In this document: piece by piece, positions 10,049 through 19,852 of the stretch
Layout: every line of letters starts with the position of its first letter
Position numbering within the stretch: the stretch's first letter is position 1
From: an uncultured Candidatus Saccharibacteria bacterium
GTDB lineage: Bacteria; Patescibacteriota; Minisyncoccia; Phycocordibacterales; DATDWN01
NCBI GenBank assembly: GCA_964426735.1
Contig: CAYRRP010000001.1
Location: 157,226 to 221,225 of the forward strand
DNA length: 64,000 nt
Direction: 5' to 3'
Program-made: the position numbers and the translations under genes
Notes under the pieces: model-generated
What the model was told of the DNA's origin: nothing
Databases searched by the model: none
What the model saw: only the letters and a program-made list of their open reading frames with translations

Positions 10049-11956
10049 ATGAGTAAGATTATTGGTATCGATCTAGGAACAACAAACTCAGCCGTGGCAG
10101 TCATGGAGGTAGGTGCTCCAAAAATCCTCGAAAACACAGAAGGTGCACGTACTACTCCATCTATCGTCGCGGTATCTAAAACAGGTGAACGCCTTGTTGG
10201 TCTTTTGGCTAAACGACAGGCAGTAACAAACCCAAAGAACACCATCTTTGGTATCAAACGATTCATCGGTCATTCGTATGAAGATACTGCAGTGCAGAAA
10301 GATAAAGGAATCGTACCATATGAAATGTCAAAATCTCCGTCTGGAGGTGTGCTCGTAACACTCAATGGTAAACAATACTCACCAGAAGAGGTGTCAGCGA
10401 TGATTCTCTCTAAACTCAAAGCAGATGCTGAAGCAAAGCTTGGAGAAAAAGTGACTCAGGCTATCATCACTGTACCTGCGTATTTCAATGACACACAGCG
10501 AAAGGCAACAAAAGATGCAGGTGCTATTGCAGGTCTCGAAGTACTTCGAATCATCAATGAGCCGACCGCAGCAGCACTCGCATATGGTTTTGATAAAAAT
10601 CGAAAGGATGAAAAGATTGTAGTTTTCGACTTCGGAGGAGGTACTTTTGACGTATCAGTACTTGAAGTAGATGTGGACGAAGTGGGTGGAGATATCAAAG
10701 TAAAAGCAACAGACGGAGACTCACATCTCGGAGGAAAAGATATTGATCAGAAAATCATCAACTACCTTGCGGATGAATTCAAAAAAGAATCAGGTATCGA
10801 TGTGCGCAACGATGCACTCGCACTCCAGCGACTCGATGAGGCAGCCGAGAAAGCGAAGATTGAGCTTTCAACTGCACTTGAATCAGAAGTAAATATTCCA
10901 TTCATCACTTCAGATTCTTCTGGTCCACGACATCTTTTGGTAAAAATCACCCGAGCAAAACTCGAAGAGCTTGCTGATGAATTTATCGAACGAGCAATGC
11001 AAATCACCAAACGAGCTATGGAAGCTTCTGGTTTCGATAAGTCTGCAATCAACGAAGTAATCCTCGTAGGAGGTCAGACTCGTATGCCAAAAATGGCAGA
11101 AAAAGTAAAAGAATTTTTCGGAAAAGAACCAAACAAATCTATCAACCCAGATGAAGTGGTAGCACTCGGAGCTGCGATCCAAGGAGGTATTCTTTCTGGA
11201 GACGTAAAGGACGTGCTTCTTTTGGATGTGATTCCACTTTCACTTGGTATCGAAACAATGGGAAATGTCTCTACAAAACTTATTGAACGAAACACCACTA
11301 TTCCAGCTTCAAAGTCTCAGGTATTTTCTACTGCAGCAGACAACCAGACTTCTGTAGAGATTCATATCACTCAAGGTGAGCGAGCGATGGCAGCAGACAA
11401 CAAGTCTCTTGGTCGCTTTATCCTCGATGGTATTCCACCTGCTCCACGAGGTATGCCTCAAATCGAAGTAACTTTTGATGTGGATGCAAATGGTATTCTC
11501 TCAGTAAAAGCAAAAGATAAGGCAACAAATAAAGAACAATCTATCCGTATTGAAGCACGCTCAGGGCTTTCAAAAGAAGATATTGAGCGTATGCAGAAAG
11601 ACGCAGAAGCTCATGCAGCAGATGATCAGAAAAAACGAGATATTGCTGAGGCAAAAAATATTGCAGAACAGATGATCTACACTGCAGAGAAAGCATTGAA
11701 AGACAATGGAGATAAAGTAAATGCAGAAATTAAATCTGGAGTAGAAGCAAAAATTGCAGAACTTAAGACAGCAAAAGACGGAAGTGATATTGATGTAATG
11801 AAAAAAGCTACAGAAGCCCTTTCAACTGAAATGTCTAAAATTGGTGAAGCAATGAGTAAAGCACACCCGGAACAAGCCTCAGGTGATGCCCCAAAAACTG
11901 AAGGGGAAAATGTAAGGGATGCGGAATTTGAAGAAAAAAAAGAGGAAGGTAAGTAA
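10049..11956 (+). CDS. dnaK: Chaperone DnaK
   Basis: [34 protein letters not shown]. Confidence 0.99.
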   Translation: MSKIIGIDLGTTNSAVAVMEVGAPKILENTEGARTTPSIVAVSKTGERLVGLLAKRQAVTNPKNTIFGIKRFIGHSYEDTAVQKDKGIVPYEMSKSPSGGVLVTLNGKQYSPEEVSAMILSKLKADAEAKLGEKVTQAIITVPAYFNDTQRKATKDAGAIAGLEVLRIINEPTAAALAYGFDKNRKDEKIVVFDFGGGTFDVSVLEVDVDEVGGDIKVKATDGDSHLGGKDIDQKIINYLADEFKKESGIDVRNDALALQRLDEAAEKAKIELSTALESEVNIPFITSDSSGPRHLLVKITRAKLEELADEFIERAMQITKRAMEASGFDKSAINEVILVGGQTRMPKMAEKVKEFFGKEPNKSINPDEVVALGAAIQGGILSGDVKDVLLLDVIPLSLGIETMGNVSTKLIERNTTIPASKSQVFSTAADNQTSVEIHITQGERAMAADNKSLGRFILDGIPPAPRGMPQIEVTFDVDANGILSVKAKDKATNKEQSIRIEARSGLSKEDIERMQKDAEAHAADDQKKRDIAEAKNIAEQMIYTAEKALKDNGDKVNAEIKSGVEAKIAELKTAKDGSDIDVMKKATEALSTEMSKIGEAMSKAHPEQASGDAPKTEGENVRDAEFEEKKEEGK

Positions 11957-11960
11957 GCAG

Positions 11961-11992
11961 AAAGACCGGGAGCACATGGCTCACCGGTCTTT
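11961..11992. terminator. Bidirectional hairpin between dnaK and the convergent orphan
   Basis: AAAGACCGG...CCGGTCTTT. Confidence 0.7.
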
Positions 11993-11996
11993 GGTA

Positions 11997-12227
11997 TTAA
12001 TCCAGTTTACTGAGATCATCCATGAGATAAATGGAGGCAGTTTTAACACCATCACCACGAACCTCCTTCGAAAAAACATTGGCTCCAGTCACTTTAGTGT
12101 ATCCTTGCTTTAGGATAAAGCGCTCCACTTTATTTCGATTCATCCCTGTGCCTGCCCTGAAATACGAAACATGACCGTTGGGATGTTGTAGTTCGACCAT
12201 GTATGTACTATCTTTTGTTCGGCTCAT
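11997..12227 (-). CDS. Orphan hypothetical protein between dnaK and dnaJ
   Basis: MSRTKD... start with SD GAGG; TTGACG-17 bp-TAGGGT upstream. Confidence 0.65.
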   Translation of the reverse strand: MSRTKDSTYMVELQHPNGHVSYFRAGTGMNRNKVERFILKQGYTKVTGANVFSKEVRGDGVKTASIYLMDDLSKLD

Positions 12228-12285
12228 TTTTTCCTCTAAAATAACCCTACTTGAATTTAATGTTCCGTCAAGTATACTATCAATC

Positions 12286-13371
12286 ATGGCAAATAAAGAC
12301 TATTATCAAATTCTTGGTGTATCAAAAAACGCTTCAAAAGACGAAATTAAAAAAGCGTTTCGTACACTTGCACACAAATACCATCCAGACAAAGGAGGTG
12401 ATGCAGAAAAGTTTAAGGAAATAAACGAAGCGTACGGAGTGCTTTCTGATGATAAAAAGAAAGCGACCTACGACCAGTACGGCTCAGCAGATGCGGGGGC
12501 AGGCTTTGGTGGAGGCAATCCTTTTGGGGGTGGAGGTTTTGGTGGTTTTGATTTTTCTGGTTTTCAACAAGGTGGACAAGGCGCCTCATTTGAATTTGAT
12601 ATGGGAGACCTTTTTGGTGACATGTTTGGAGGAGGAAGACAGTCTCGAACACCTCGGGGCGCTGATATTCAAGTAGATCTTGAGCTTTCGTTTGAAGATG
12701 CGGTATTTGGTACAGAACATACGTTTACACTCAACAAAACATCAACCTGTGATCATTGTAACGGTAGTGGTGCAGAAAAGGGAAGTGAACTTCTTAAATG
12801 TTCAACCTGTGACGGAAAAGGAAAAGTGAAAGAGATAAAAAGTACGATTTTTGGTCAGTTTGAATCAGCCTCACTATGTCACACATGTCACGGAAAAGGG
12901 AAAGTTCCTAAGGTGAAATGTTCAGTATGTAAAGGTCACGGAGTGTACCGCAAACCAACAGAAATAAAAGTAAAAATTCCTGCAGGAATAAACGCAGGTG
13001 AAATGGTGCGACTTTCTGGTGGTGGAGAAGCTGTCGAAGGTGGAACATCTGGAGATTTGTATATTCGTATGCATATCAAAAAGCATCCACATTTTACAAA
13101 AGTTGACCACAACTTGGTAATGGATAAAAAAATAAAACTTACCGATGCATTGTTGGGTGCTACGTATGAAATTAAAACACTCGACGGAGACATCTCACTG
13201 AAAGTTCCTGAAGGTATTCAGCATGGAGAAATTCTTAAAATAAAAGGAAAAGGTGTACCATACGATGGATCAAAACGAGGTGATATCTTGGTGCGAGTAC
13301 TTATCGATATTCCTAAACTCTCAAAAAATAGTCGAAAGATAGCTGAAGAACTAAAAAAAGAAGGGTTTTAG
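12286..13371 (+). CDS. dnaJ: Chaperone DnaJ
   Basis: J domain with HPD, G/F region, four CxxCxGxG; start reassigned to ATG 12286. Confidence 0.98.
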   Translation: MANKDYYQILGVSKNASKDEIKKAFRTLAHKYHPDKGGDAEKFKEINEAYGVLSDDKKKATYDQYGSADAGAGFGGGNPFGGGGFGGFDFSGFQQGGQGASFEFDMGDLFGDMFGGGRQSRTPRGADIQVDLELSFEDAVFGTEHTFTLNKTSTCDHCNGSGAEKGSELLKCSTCDGKGKVKEIKSTIFGQFESASLCHTCHGKGKVPKVKCSVCKGHGVYRKPTEIKVKIPAGINAGEMVRLSGGGEAVEGGTSGDLYIRMHIKKHPHFTKVDHNLVMDKKIKLTDALLGATYEIKTLDGDISLKVPEGIQHGEILKIKGKGVPYDGSKRGDILVRVLIDIPKLSKNSRKIAEELKKEGF

Positions 13372-13374
13372 ATA

Positions 13375-13495
13375 TAAAAAAAGAGGTGACTGTTCGCAGC
13401 AGTACAACCTCTCAAGGAAAGCGATGTTCGAAGCAACGCTTTCCAGTATTCGCAAGCACTACGGGTCTGTGTATCCTGCATAGAGCGGATACTCT
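13375..13495 (-). ncRNA. Candidate small RNA convergent with dnaJ
   Basis: TTGACT-17 bp-TATTAT promoter (from 13527), internal hairpin, GAGG...CCTC-T tract terminator; no complete ORF inside. Confidence 0.35.
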
Positions 13496-13624
13496 TTAAT
13501 AATACTCATCAAAGTAAGCTAAGTCAAGTATGCGTTTTGTTTATGGTAACCACAGTACATTTCTAGTAGATGTTACCGTCCTATCCACAAGGGCAACAGA
13601 AAAATATTTGCTATACTTATCTAT

Positions 13625-14080
13625 ATGAATTTTCCTACAGATGTTCTTATAATCGTCGGTATATTTTTAGTCGGTACTCTATTTACTTTTTTCATGGGAA
13701 AAAGTCGCGGTGTCTCGATCATACTTGCTCTGTTTGGATCAATACCTCTTTTCCAATCGTTTCCTTTTACACAACAACTAACTGTAGCCACAGGTGATTT
13801 TGCTCGTTCTATAAATGTAATTGGAATCTTTCTTGTATTCACTATCGGCTTATACTTCTTACTCAATCGCTATGTAGTAGGGGATTTTATCGAAGGCAAC
13901 TTTTTCAAATCAGTGATCTTTGGTATTGCATTTACCGCCATTATTCTTGCATTAGTACACTTTATCCTTCCTTTTGATCCGATTTATGATTTCAAACAAA
14001 ACGTTGATCAGTGGTTCGGAGGAAACTTCGGTATGTTTTGGTGGATACTCGCACCGTTGATGATTTTGTTGTTTGTATAA
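13625..14080 (+). CDS. Multi-pass membrane protein
   Basis: About 5 hydrophobic helices in 151 aa. Confidence 0.8.
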   Translation: MNFPTDVLIIVGIFLVGTLFTFFMGKSRGVSIILALFGSIPLFQSFPFTQQLTVATGDFARSINVIGIFLVFTIGLYFLLNRYVVGDFIEGNFFKSVIFGIAFTAIILALVHFILPFDPIYDFKQNVDQWFGGNFGMFWWILAPLMILLFV

Positions 14081-14119
14081 GGTACTTTTTTAAACTATTT
14101 TTTAGAGAGGGTTCGATAA

Positions 14120-14210
14120 ATGGCTCAATAAAGCCATTTATTTTGATGTTTGTAAAGTCAATAGAAAAACTGTGGATAAGTGTTGACAATTTAAATAAAA
14201 GGGGTAGAGT
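14120..14210 (+). promoter_or_regulatory. ATGGCT-N6-AGCCAT palindrome, DnaA-box-like 9-mer and sigma70 promoter
   Basis: ATGGCTCAATAAAGCCAT 14120-14137; TGTGGATAA 14171-14179; TTGACA 14183 / TAGAGT 14205. Confidence 0.55.
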
Positions 14211-14277
14211 TTATAGTGTAAAAGGGACAGTAAAAAAGATCCCTTAAGTTCATTACAAAGAAAAGGAGGTGGACGCA

Positions 14278-15102
14278 ATGCCCACCAAAAATTTTGCGAT
14301 CGTATTTTTTTTGCTGGTGCTTTTGTGCACCAGCACGTCCGCAACCGCCCAGTTTTTGCCTGGCAATGAACTAAAAAATGTGTTGGGACCCTACCAGAAC
14401 CCCGTTGCGGTGTCTCTGGTTGAAAATGGGGGCACGATTGCCCTCAAGGTTCAGCTCACCGGGCCACAATGCATCCCGAGAATGTCTGCGTTTGCGCAGC
14501 TCGAGCGTCTGATTTCGGGTGACTGGGTACCACAAGGTCCCCAATTACCGGTCCAACTTGGAAACTTCGGTCGAGGTCCACTCGACAAGACGCTCCGGAC
14601 CGCTGGAGTGTTCATGGGATCAAACAACGAAAGTTTCCCGGCGGGCGACTACCGACTAATCAGCTTTGTCTGGTCGATCGGTGACTCAGAAAACACGAAG
14701 TGTCCGGTCTCTCAGTACATCACGTACAAAGAGACTCCCCACCTGCATATTGGTGCCGGCTTCAACGGTAAACTGTCCAGTGTAGGAAAGGCCAGCATCC
14801 CGTCGCTCAACGACGGCAAGTTGGATTTCCAAGCGATTTTGGTAAGTCGTACACGACTAACCATTTTCCAGGAATTCGGTTCCGAAAAAGTCGTCGGGTT
14901 CTCCGAGGATTACCCCGCGGGTAACTCTACGATTCGGACGAATCTCCATCCGGAGTTTCGGCCTGGCCTCTCCATCAAGGTGCACATCCTCGATCTCGAG
15001 TCTGGCGACTCAACTGTCGCCACGCTCTTCGAGCCGACACCGAATGTTCGTTTCAATGCTTTGCCCCGGAATACCGGAGGAAGCCAACCGGAGTGGCAAT
15101 AA
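14278..15102 (+). CDS. Secreted hypothetical protein, higher GC (stand-alone cassette)
   Basis: Signal peptide ending ATA-Q; SD AAGGAGGT; terminator at 15120-15152. Confidence 0.8.
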   Translation: MPTKNFAIVFFLLVLLCTSTSATAQFLPGNELKNVLGPYQNPVAVSLVENGGTIALKVQLTGPQCIPRMSAFAQLERLISGDWVPQGPQLPVQLGNFGRGPLDKTLRTAGVFMGSNNESFPAGDYRLISFVWSIGDSENTKCPVSQYITYKETPHLHIGAGFNGKLSSVGKASIPSLNDGKLDFQAILVSRTRLTIFQEFGSEKVVGFSEDYPAGNSTIRTNLHPEFRPGLSIKVHILDLESGDSTVATLFEPTPNVRFNALPRNTGGSQPEWQ

Positions 15103-15228
15103 TCACTCCATAACAATACAGCCGCCACACCCTCCAGGGTCTGGCGGCTTTTACCATATTTTTAAATTGAGCCTTATCCACAACTTTAAATTTTAAACAG
15201 TAGTGATTGTCTGTGGTATAATTTACTA

Positions 15229-15729
15229 ATGGGAATAACCAAAAAGATACTACTTATTTTTATTGGATTAATTTTTGTCGTAGCAAGTGGATTTGGTGGT
15301 TTTTATGTAATACAAAAACTTTTTATTACAAAGGCAGACATATTAGATCAACCAAAAGTGAGTACGGTATCTACTATAGAAGTAGAACGTGATGTATATA
15401 ACAAAATTCCAAAAGATTTTCCTAAAAATCTCATTCCTGAAGATGATATAGTTTCAATTATCGAAAGTTTTACAGTATCGGATACCCCAGAAAGAAAGCA
15501 ATACACTGTACGTTATATTAGTAAAAAAAATATTGCTGAAAATCAAAAATATTTTGAAACGTATGTAGCAAAAACCCCTGGTTTTTCTCTGACAACAGAT
15601 TTTTTAACAAATTCAACAACATTCTTATCAATGGGCATACGTAACAAAAAAACAGAAATAAATATTACAGTTAATTTAAATCAACAGTACGGGTATATTG
15701 TTGATGTAACAATGTTGCAACAACTATGA
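15229..15729 (+). CDS. N-terminally anchored membrane protein (partner 1)
   Basis: N-terminal TM; paralogue of 19371-19847 (P..FP..LI.E, ESF.V, QYT.RYI.K). Confidence 0.8.
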   Translation: MGITKKILLIFIGLIFVVASGFGGFYVIQKLFITKADILDQPKVSTVSTIEVERDVYNKIPKDFPKNLIPEDDIVSIIESFTVSDTPERKQYTVRYISKKNIAENQKYFETYVAKTPGFSLTTDFLTNSTTFLSMGIRNKKTEINITVNLNQQYGYIVDVTMLQQL

Positions 15730-18700
15730 AAAAAAACTTTTTTGCATTAATAGTTATTTTTTTTATTAGCTTTGGTTTTTTTGATTTACCTGTAGTAGAA
15801 GCTCAGAGTTGTTCAAATGTTGGTTATGATTCTTGTGGAAACTATACGTCTCGGTCTTGTAGTGGTGCTACAAGTTGTTCGGTTACAGATTTAGGAAATG
15901 GATCTTGTTACCAAACATGTACATGTCCAGTTTTAACCCTTCAAGGTTCTAGCTTCAGTGGATGGACATCAGGAACGTTTCAAAATGGACAACAGTTTTG
16001 TACAGCTATGTACGAGGGTCCTGCATGTCAGATAAGTGGTGGTAGTGGAGCATCTATATCTTTTCCTGCATACGCTTGTGGTACTGTAAACAACAATCCT
16101 TCATCAGTATGTAATAACAATGGAATTTGTGAATCTGGAGAAAACAGCACATATTGTCCTCTTGATGGTTGTCCTCCACCAACTTCATCTTTTTTTACAC
16201 TTTCTGTAAGTCCTGCAACAAGATCTGTTCTTAACGGAGAGCTTGCTAATTTCACTCTAACTATTACACCTTCAGTGTCTCCTACAACAGGACTTGGTGA
16301 TGTACGTGCTGTTGGTGCATACACATTACCTGTACCAATTCCTGGATGTCCAAGTGGAGCAACTTGTACATATCAAGGTGGTAGTAACACTATACAAGTT
16401 ACTGAAGATACAACTTCTGGAGGAGTAGATTTTGCTGTAGCAGCATCAAAAGGTGTCATTGTTGCACCTTCAACAGTAAGTCCAGCTACATATCAACTAA
16501 ATTTTTCAGCAGTAAATCCTTTTAACCAAACAAAAACCGCCACCGCCACCCTCATCGTAAGCTCAGGTATAAACGGAGCAACCTGTCTCTCTATCGACTC
16601 TCAAGTAGGAGGTGTATCAACATCATCATTCTCTCCAGGACAACAATTTACTCTTGTTGCACGTCTACGTAATACAGGTACTAAAATATGGGACAACGTA
16701 TATACCAGTGCATCAGATCAAGAACATTTCCTCGGAGCATGGAATCCTGGAGGTGATCCATGGGGTCCAGGTTCTGGCAGAACACGCCTCCCAAACGGTA
16801 CTGCTATACCACCCAATGGGGAAGTAACCTTTACACGTACACTAACTGCACCTTCTACACCAGGTACCTATGATTTTCAGTTTGCTATCGTTGAAGATGC
16901 TGTTCAATGGATCACTGCACCTGGTGCTGTGTGTGTGAAGTCGGGAGGGGTGACGGTGGTTGCTTCTATGCCAAACCTTACTGCAGGTACTGTCACACCA
17001 ACAAGCACAAGTATAAACACTGCAACAACCTTTTCATCCACTATTTCAAACTCAGGTTCAGGATCAACAGGAGCATCTTTCTCAAACTTCTTTCAAGTAG
17101 CAACAGCAGCAAATGGAGGAGGTACTGTAACAGACCTTAGTGCTACCACCATGTCTACTCTCGCATCTGGAGCGACCGGCACAGCCACATCTCCGTCATA
17201 TACCTTTACTACAGCCGGAACATATTCGGTTCGTGCATGTGCAGATAAGACAAATTCATCAAATACTGGTTCAATTAACGAAACTAATGAAAGTGACAAC
17301 TGTGGAAGTTGGACGACAGTCACCGTAGGTAATGGTACAAACAACGCTTCATGTACTGCTATCACACCTTCAAAAACAACCGTAACTCCTGGTGAAGTAT
17401 TTAGTGCGAGTGTGACCATGTACAACAACGGAACAAACACATGGTCTCCAAACGACATGCGTGCTGATGTGAGTGGAGTAAATAACTATCATATTACTGT
17501 ATCACCATGGGCTTCCACTTGGAATTGGGGAAGAGCAGCGGTCTCATCAAACATAAATCCAGGGTCATCAACCACATTTACCATACCGCTTACTGCGCCA
17601 AGCACTGCAGGAACATATAACCTATCAACGCAAATGCTTCAAGAAGGTGTTGAGTGGTTTGGTGCATTATGTAATGCAGGGACAATTACAGTAAGTAACC
17701 CAAATACATGCGATCCTTCTGCGGTAGGAACAAACCAAATGGTTGGATGTGTGTATACAGGAATGAACTTTAACTCACTTGCACCCATATCAGCGTTGAC
17801 AGCTCCAGCTCTCTCAAGTCCTGCTCCATCATCAGCATCACCGTTACCATGGACAAACTGGGGCGGAGGAGGTCCTGGATCACTTACGGATAACTATTCA
17901 GTTCGATGGAAAGGAAATTTTAACTTTTCAGCTGGCAATTATACCTTCAGTGTTGATTCTGATGATGGATCTCGAGCATATTTTGACGACAATGGCGATG
18001 GAAATCCTGATAGTGGATATCTAGTGAGTGCGTGGTATGACCGTGGAAGTGGAGTTGTTGTATCTGGAAGCCCTGTTGCGGTGACAGCTGGAGTACATCG
18101 TCTTGTGTATGAAATGTATGAAAATGGTGGCGGATCAGTGTATAACTTATCATGGACAAGTACCGCACCTTCTCCGATTACGGTAAGTATATCTCCATAC
18201 TATACATCGATCACAAACTATCCAACCATCAGTGACAACAGTATCTACTGGACAACCACTGGAAACCCAGACTCGTGTACCACTTCAGGATCGAGTCCAT
18301 GGAGTACGGCAATCATTGTTCCTATTGCAAGCGGAAATCAATATCAAGGAAACTATCCAGGTACAGGAACATATACATACAACATCACTTGTACAAAATC
18401 AGGTGTGTCAAATGCGACAGCATCAATCACCGTACCTGTATCAAGTACACCTCTTCCGAGTGGAACACTTACTCCAGCTTCTCCGAGCTGTACAATAGCT
18501 TCTGGTGCAAGCTCATGTACTGTAAATCTCTCATGGACAACCACAAACCCTATCGGCACATCAGTACTAACCAGTAATACTTCAAACACAGGAGCATCAG
18601 CACCAAATACAACAGTCTCATCAGGAAACTCTGGGACAAACGTAGCAGTAACGGTGCCATACAGTAGCCGAGTGTTTACCTTGTATAACAACTCGTCACT

Positions 18701-19331
18701 ACTTGCAACAAGTAACGCTTCTGCAAGTTGCGTGAGTGGTACCACATGGAACGGAAGTATCTGTGCACCAAATACACCAATAACCGTAAGTATATCTCCA
18801 TACTATACATCGATCACAAACTATCCAACCATCAGTGACAACAGTATCTACTGGACAACCACTGGAAACCCAGACTCGTGTACCACTTCAGGATCGAGTC
18901 CATGGAGTACGGCAGTGATCAGTCCGATCAGTGGTGGGATGCAGTATCAGGGAAGTTATCCTGGGGTTGGAACTTATACATACAATATTACGTGTATGAA
19001 GGCGGGTGTTTTGAACGCATCTGCTTCTGTAAGTGTGGCTGTCTCTACTGCACCTCCAACACAATATACGATTACTGTAACAAGACCTGTTGGTGGAACT
19101 GTTACCACTGTAGACACATTCATCTCTTGTGGAGCAACCTGTACTCGTCAATATACAGGAGGATCAACCGTTACACTTCAAGCAGTTCCGAGTACTTCAT
19201 ATTGGAAATTTGTAGGGTGGGGAGGAGCATGTAGTGGTCAGGGTGTAGGAAACTGTACGATTACGGTATCAGGAAACACTGCAGTCACTGCAACATTTAG
19301 ACCTAAAGCACTTCTGTATCAAGAGTTCTAA
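15726..19331 (+). CDS. Large secreted Cys/Ser/Thr-rich modular surface protein (NBR1-Ig-like, CARDB-like, PA14-like, InlB-B-repeat-like modules)
   Basis: Signal peptide; LRNTGTKIW / MYNNGTNTW Ig-like modules; ESDNC CARDB end; DNYSVRWKG...SDDGSR PA14; FVGWGGAC; ends YQEF. Confidence 0.85.
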   Translation: MKKNFFALIVIFFISFGFFDLPVVEAQSCSNVGYDSCGNYTSRSCSGATSCSVTDLGNGSCYQTCTCPVLTLQGSSFSGWTSGTFQNGQQFCTAMYEGPACQISGGSGASISFPAYACGTVNNNPSSVCNNNGICESGENSTYCPLDGCPPPTSSFFTLSVSPATRSVLNGELANFTLTITPSVSPTTGLGDVRAVGAYTLPVPIPGCPSGATCTYQGGSNTIQVTEDTTSGGVDFAVAASKGVIVAPSTVSPATYQLNFSAVNPFNQTKTATATLIVSSGINGATCLSIDSQVGGVSTSSFSPGQQFTLVARLRNTGTKIWDNVYTSASDQEHFLGAWNPGGDPWGPGSGRTRLPNGTAIPPNGEVTFTRTLTAPSTPGTYDFQFAIVEDAVQWITAPGAVCVKSGGVTVVASMPNLTAGTVTPTSTSINTATTFSSTISNSGSGSTGASFSNFFQVATAANGGGTVTDLSATTMSTLASGATGTATSPSYTFTTAGTYSVRACADKTNSSNTGSINETNESDNCGSWTTVTVGNGTNNASCTAITPSKTTVTPGEVFSASVTMYNNGTNTWSPNDMRADVSGVNNYHITVSPWASTWNWGRAAVSSNINPGSSTTFTIPLTAPSTAGTYNLSTQMLQEGVEWFGALCNAGTITVSNPNTCDPSAVGTNQMVGCVYTGMNFNSLAPISALTAPALSSPAPSSASPLPWTNWGGGGPGSLTDNYSVRWKGNFNFSAGNYTFSVDSDDGSRAYFDDNGDGNPDSGYLVSAWYDRGSGVVVSGSPVAVTAGVHRLVYEMYENGGGSVYNLSWTSTAPSPITVSISPYYTSITNYPTISDNSIYWTTTGNPDSCTTSGSSPWSTAIIVPIASGNQYQGNYPGTGTYTYNITCTKSGVSNATASITVPVSSTPLPSGTLTPASPSCTIASGASSCTVNLSWTTTNPIGTSVLTSNTSNTGASAPNTTVSSGNSGTNVAVTVPYSSRVFTLYNNSSLLATSNASASCVSGTTWNGSICAPNTPITVSISPYYTSITNYPTISDNSIYWTTTGNPDSCTTSGSSPWSTAVISPISGGMQYQGSYPGVGTYTYNITCMKAGVLNASASVSVAVSTAPPTQYTITVTRPVGGTVTTVDTFISCGATCTRQYTGGSTVTLQAVPSTSYWKFVGWGGACSGQGVGNCTITVSGNTAVTATFRPKALLYQEF
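16536..16960 (+). repeat. 425-bp exact direct repeat, copy 1
   Basis: Identical by inspection to 20525-20949. Confidence 0.92.
18183..18311 (+). repeat. 129-bp exact intragenic repeat, copy 1
   Basis: Identical to 18786-18914; diverged third copy at ~20968-21100. Confidence 0.9.
18786..18914 (+). repeat. 129-bp exact intragenic repeat, copy 2
   Basis: Identical to 18183-18311. Confidence 0.9.
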
Positions 19332-19370
19332 ATATACACAGAAGACCTTCTGTCGTGATATACTTTTTCT

Positions 19371-19847
19371 ATGCATTACATACGTACATTTTTCATCTCG
19401 CTTTGTGTTGTACTCCTTGTTCTCGTCATTTTTTTGACTGGAGTACACCTCTTTTCTATGGAACAAGAAGACACAAGCACATTACCATCTACAACTGACA
19501 CGACTTCTACTCTCAAACGTGATGCATTGAATACATACCCGGATTCATTTCCTGCCAAACTCATTACTGAGAAAAATATCTCTGTTGTTGAGAGTTTTTC
19601 TGTAGATACAGAAAATCAGATTCAATACACCTACCGATATATCACTAAACTCTCTGCCGTAGAAAACTATACACACATCACTTCATTTATGAATACAGAA
19701 GGGTGGAAAAAAGGGACACCAGCTCAGTTTCCTTCGGGATGGAGTATCGATTTTTTCAAAGGGAACGACGTGTTATCAGCAACATATTCTGTAAATACCC
19801 AAACAAAGACCTCGGTTATCGATATAACACTTCTTAAGGATAAATAG
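19371..19847 (+). CDS. N-terminally anchored membrane protein (partner 2)
   Basis: Paralogue of 15229-15729. Confidence 0.8.
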   Translation: MHYIRTFFISLCVVLLVLVIFLTGVHLFSMEQEDTSTLPSTTDTTSTLKRDALNTYPDSFPAKLITEKNISVVESFSVDTENQIQYTYRYITKLSAVENYTHITSFMNTEGWKKGTPAQFPSGWSIDFFKGNDVLSATYSVNTQTKTSVIDITLLKDK

Positions 19848-19852
19848 CAGAT

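Noticed and set aside
13581-15182. oriC from DnaA-box-like 9-mers
   Set aside because: Three boxes are scattered over separate spacers, and there is no dnaA/dnaN or box cluster.
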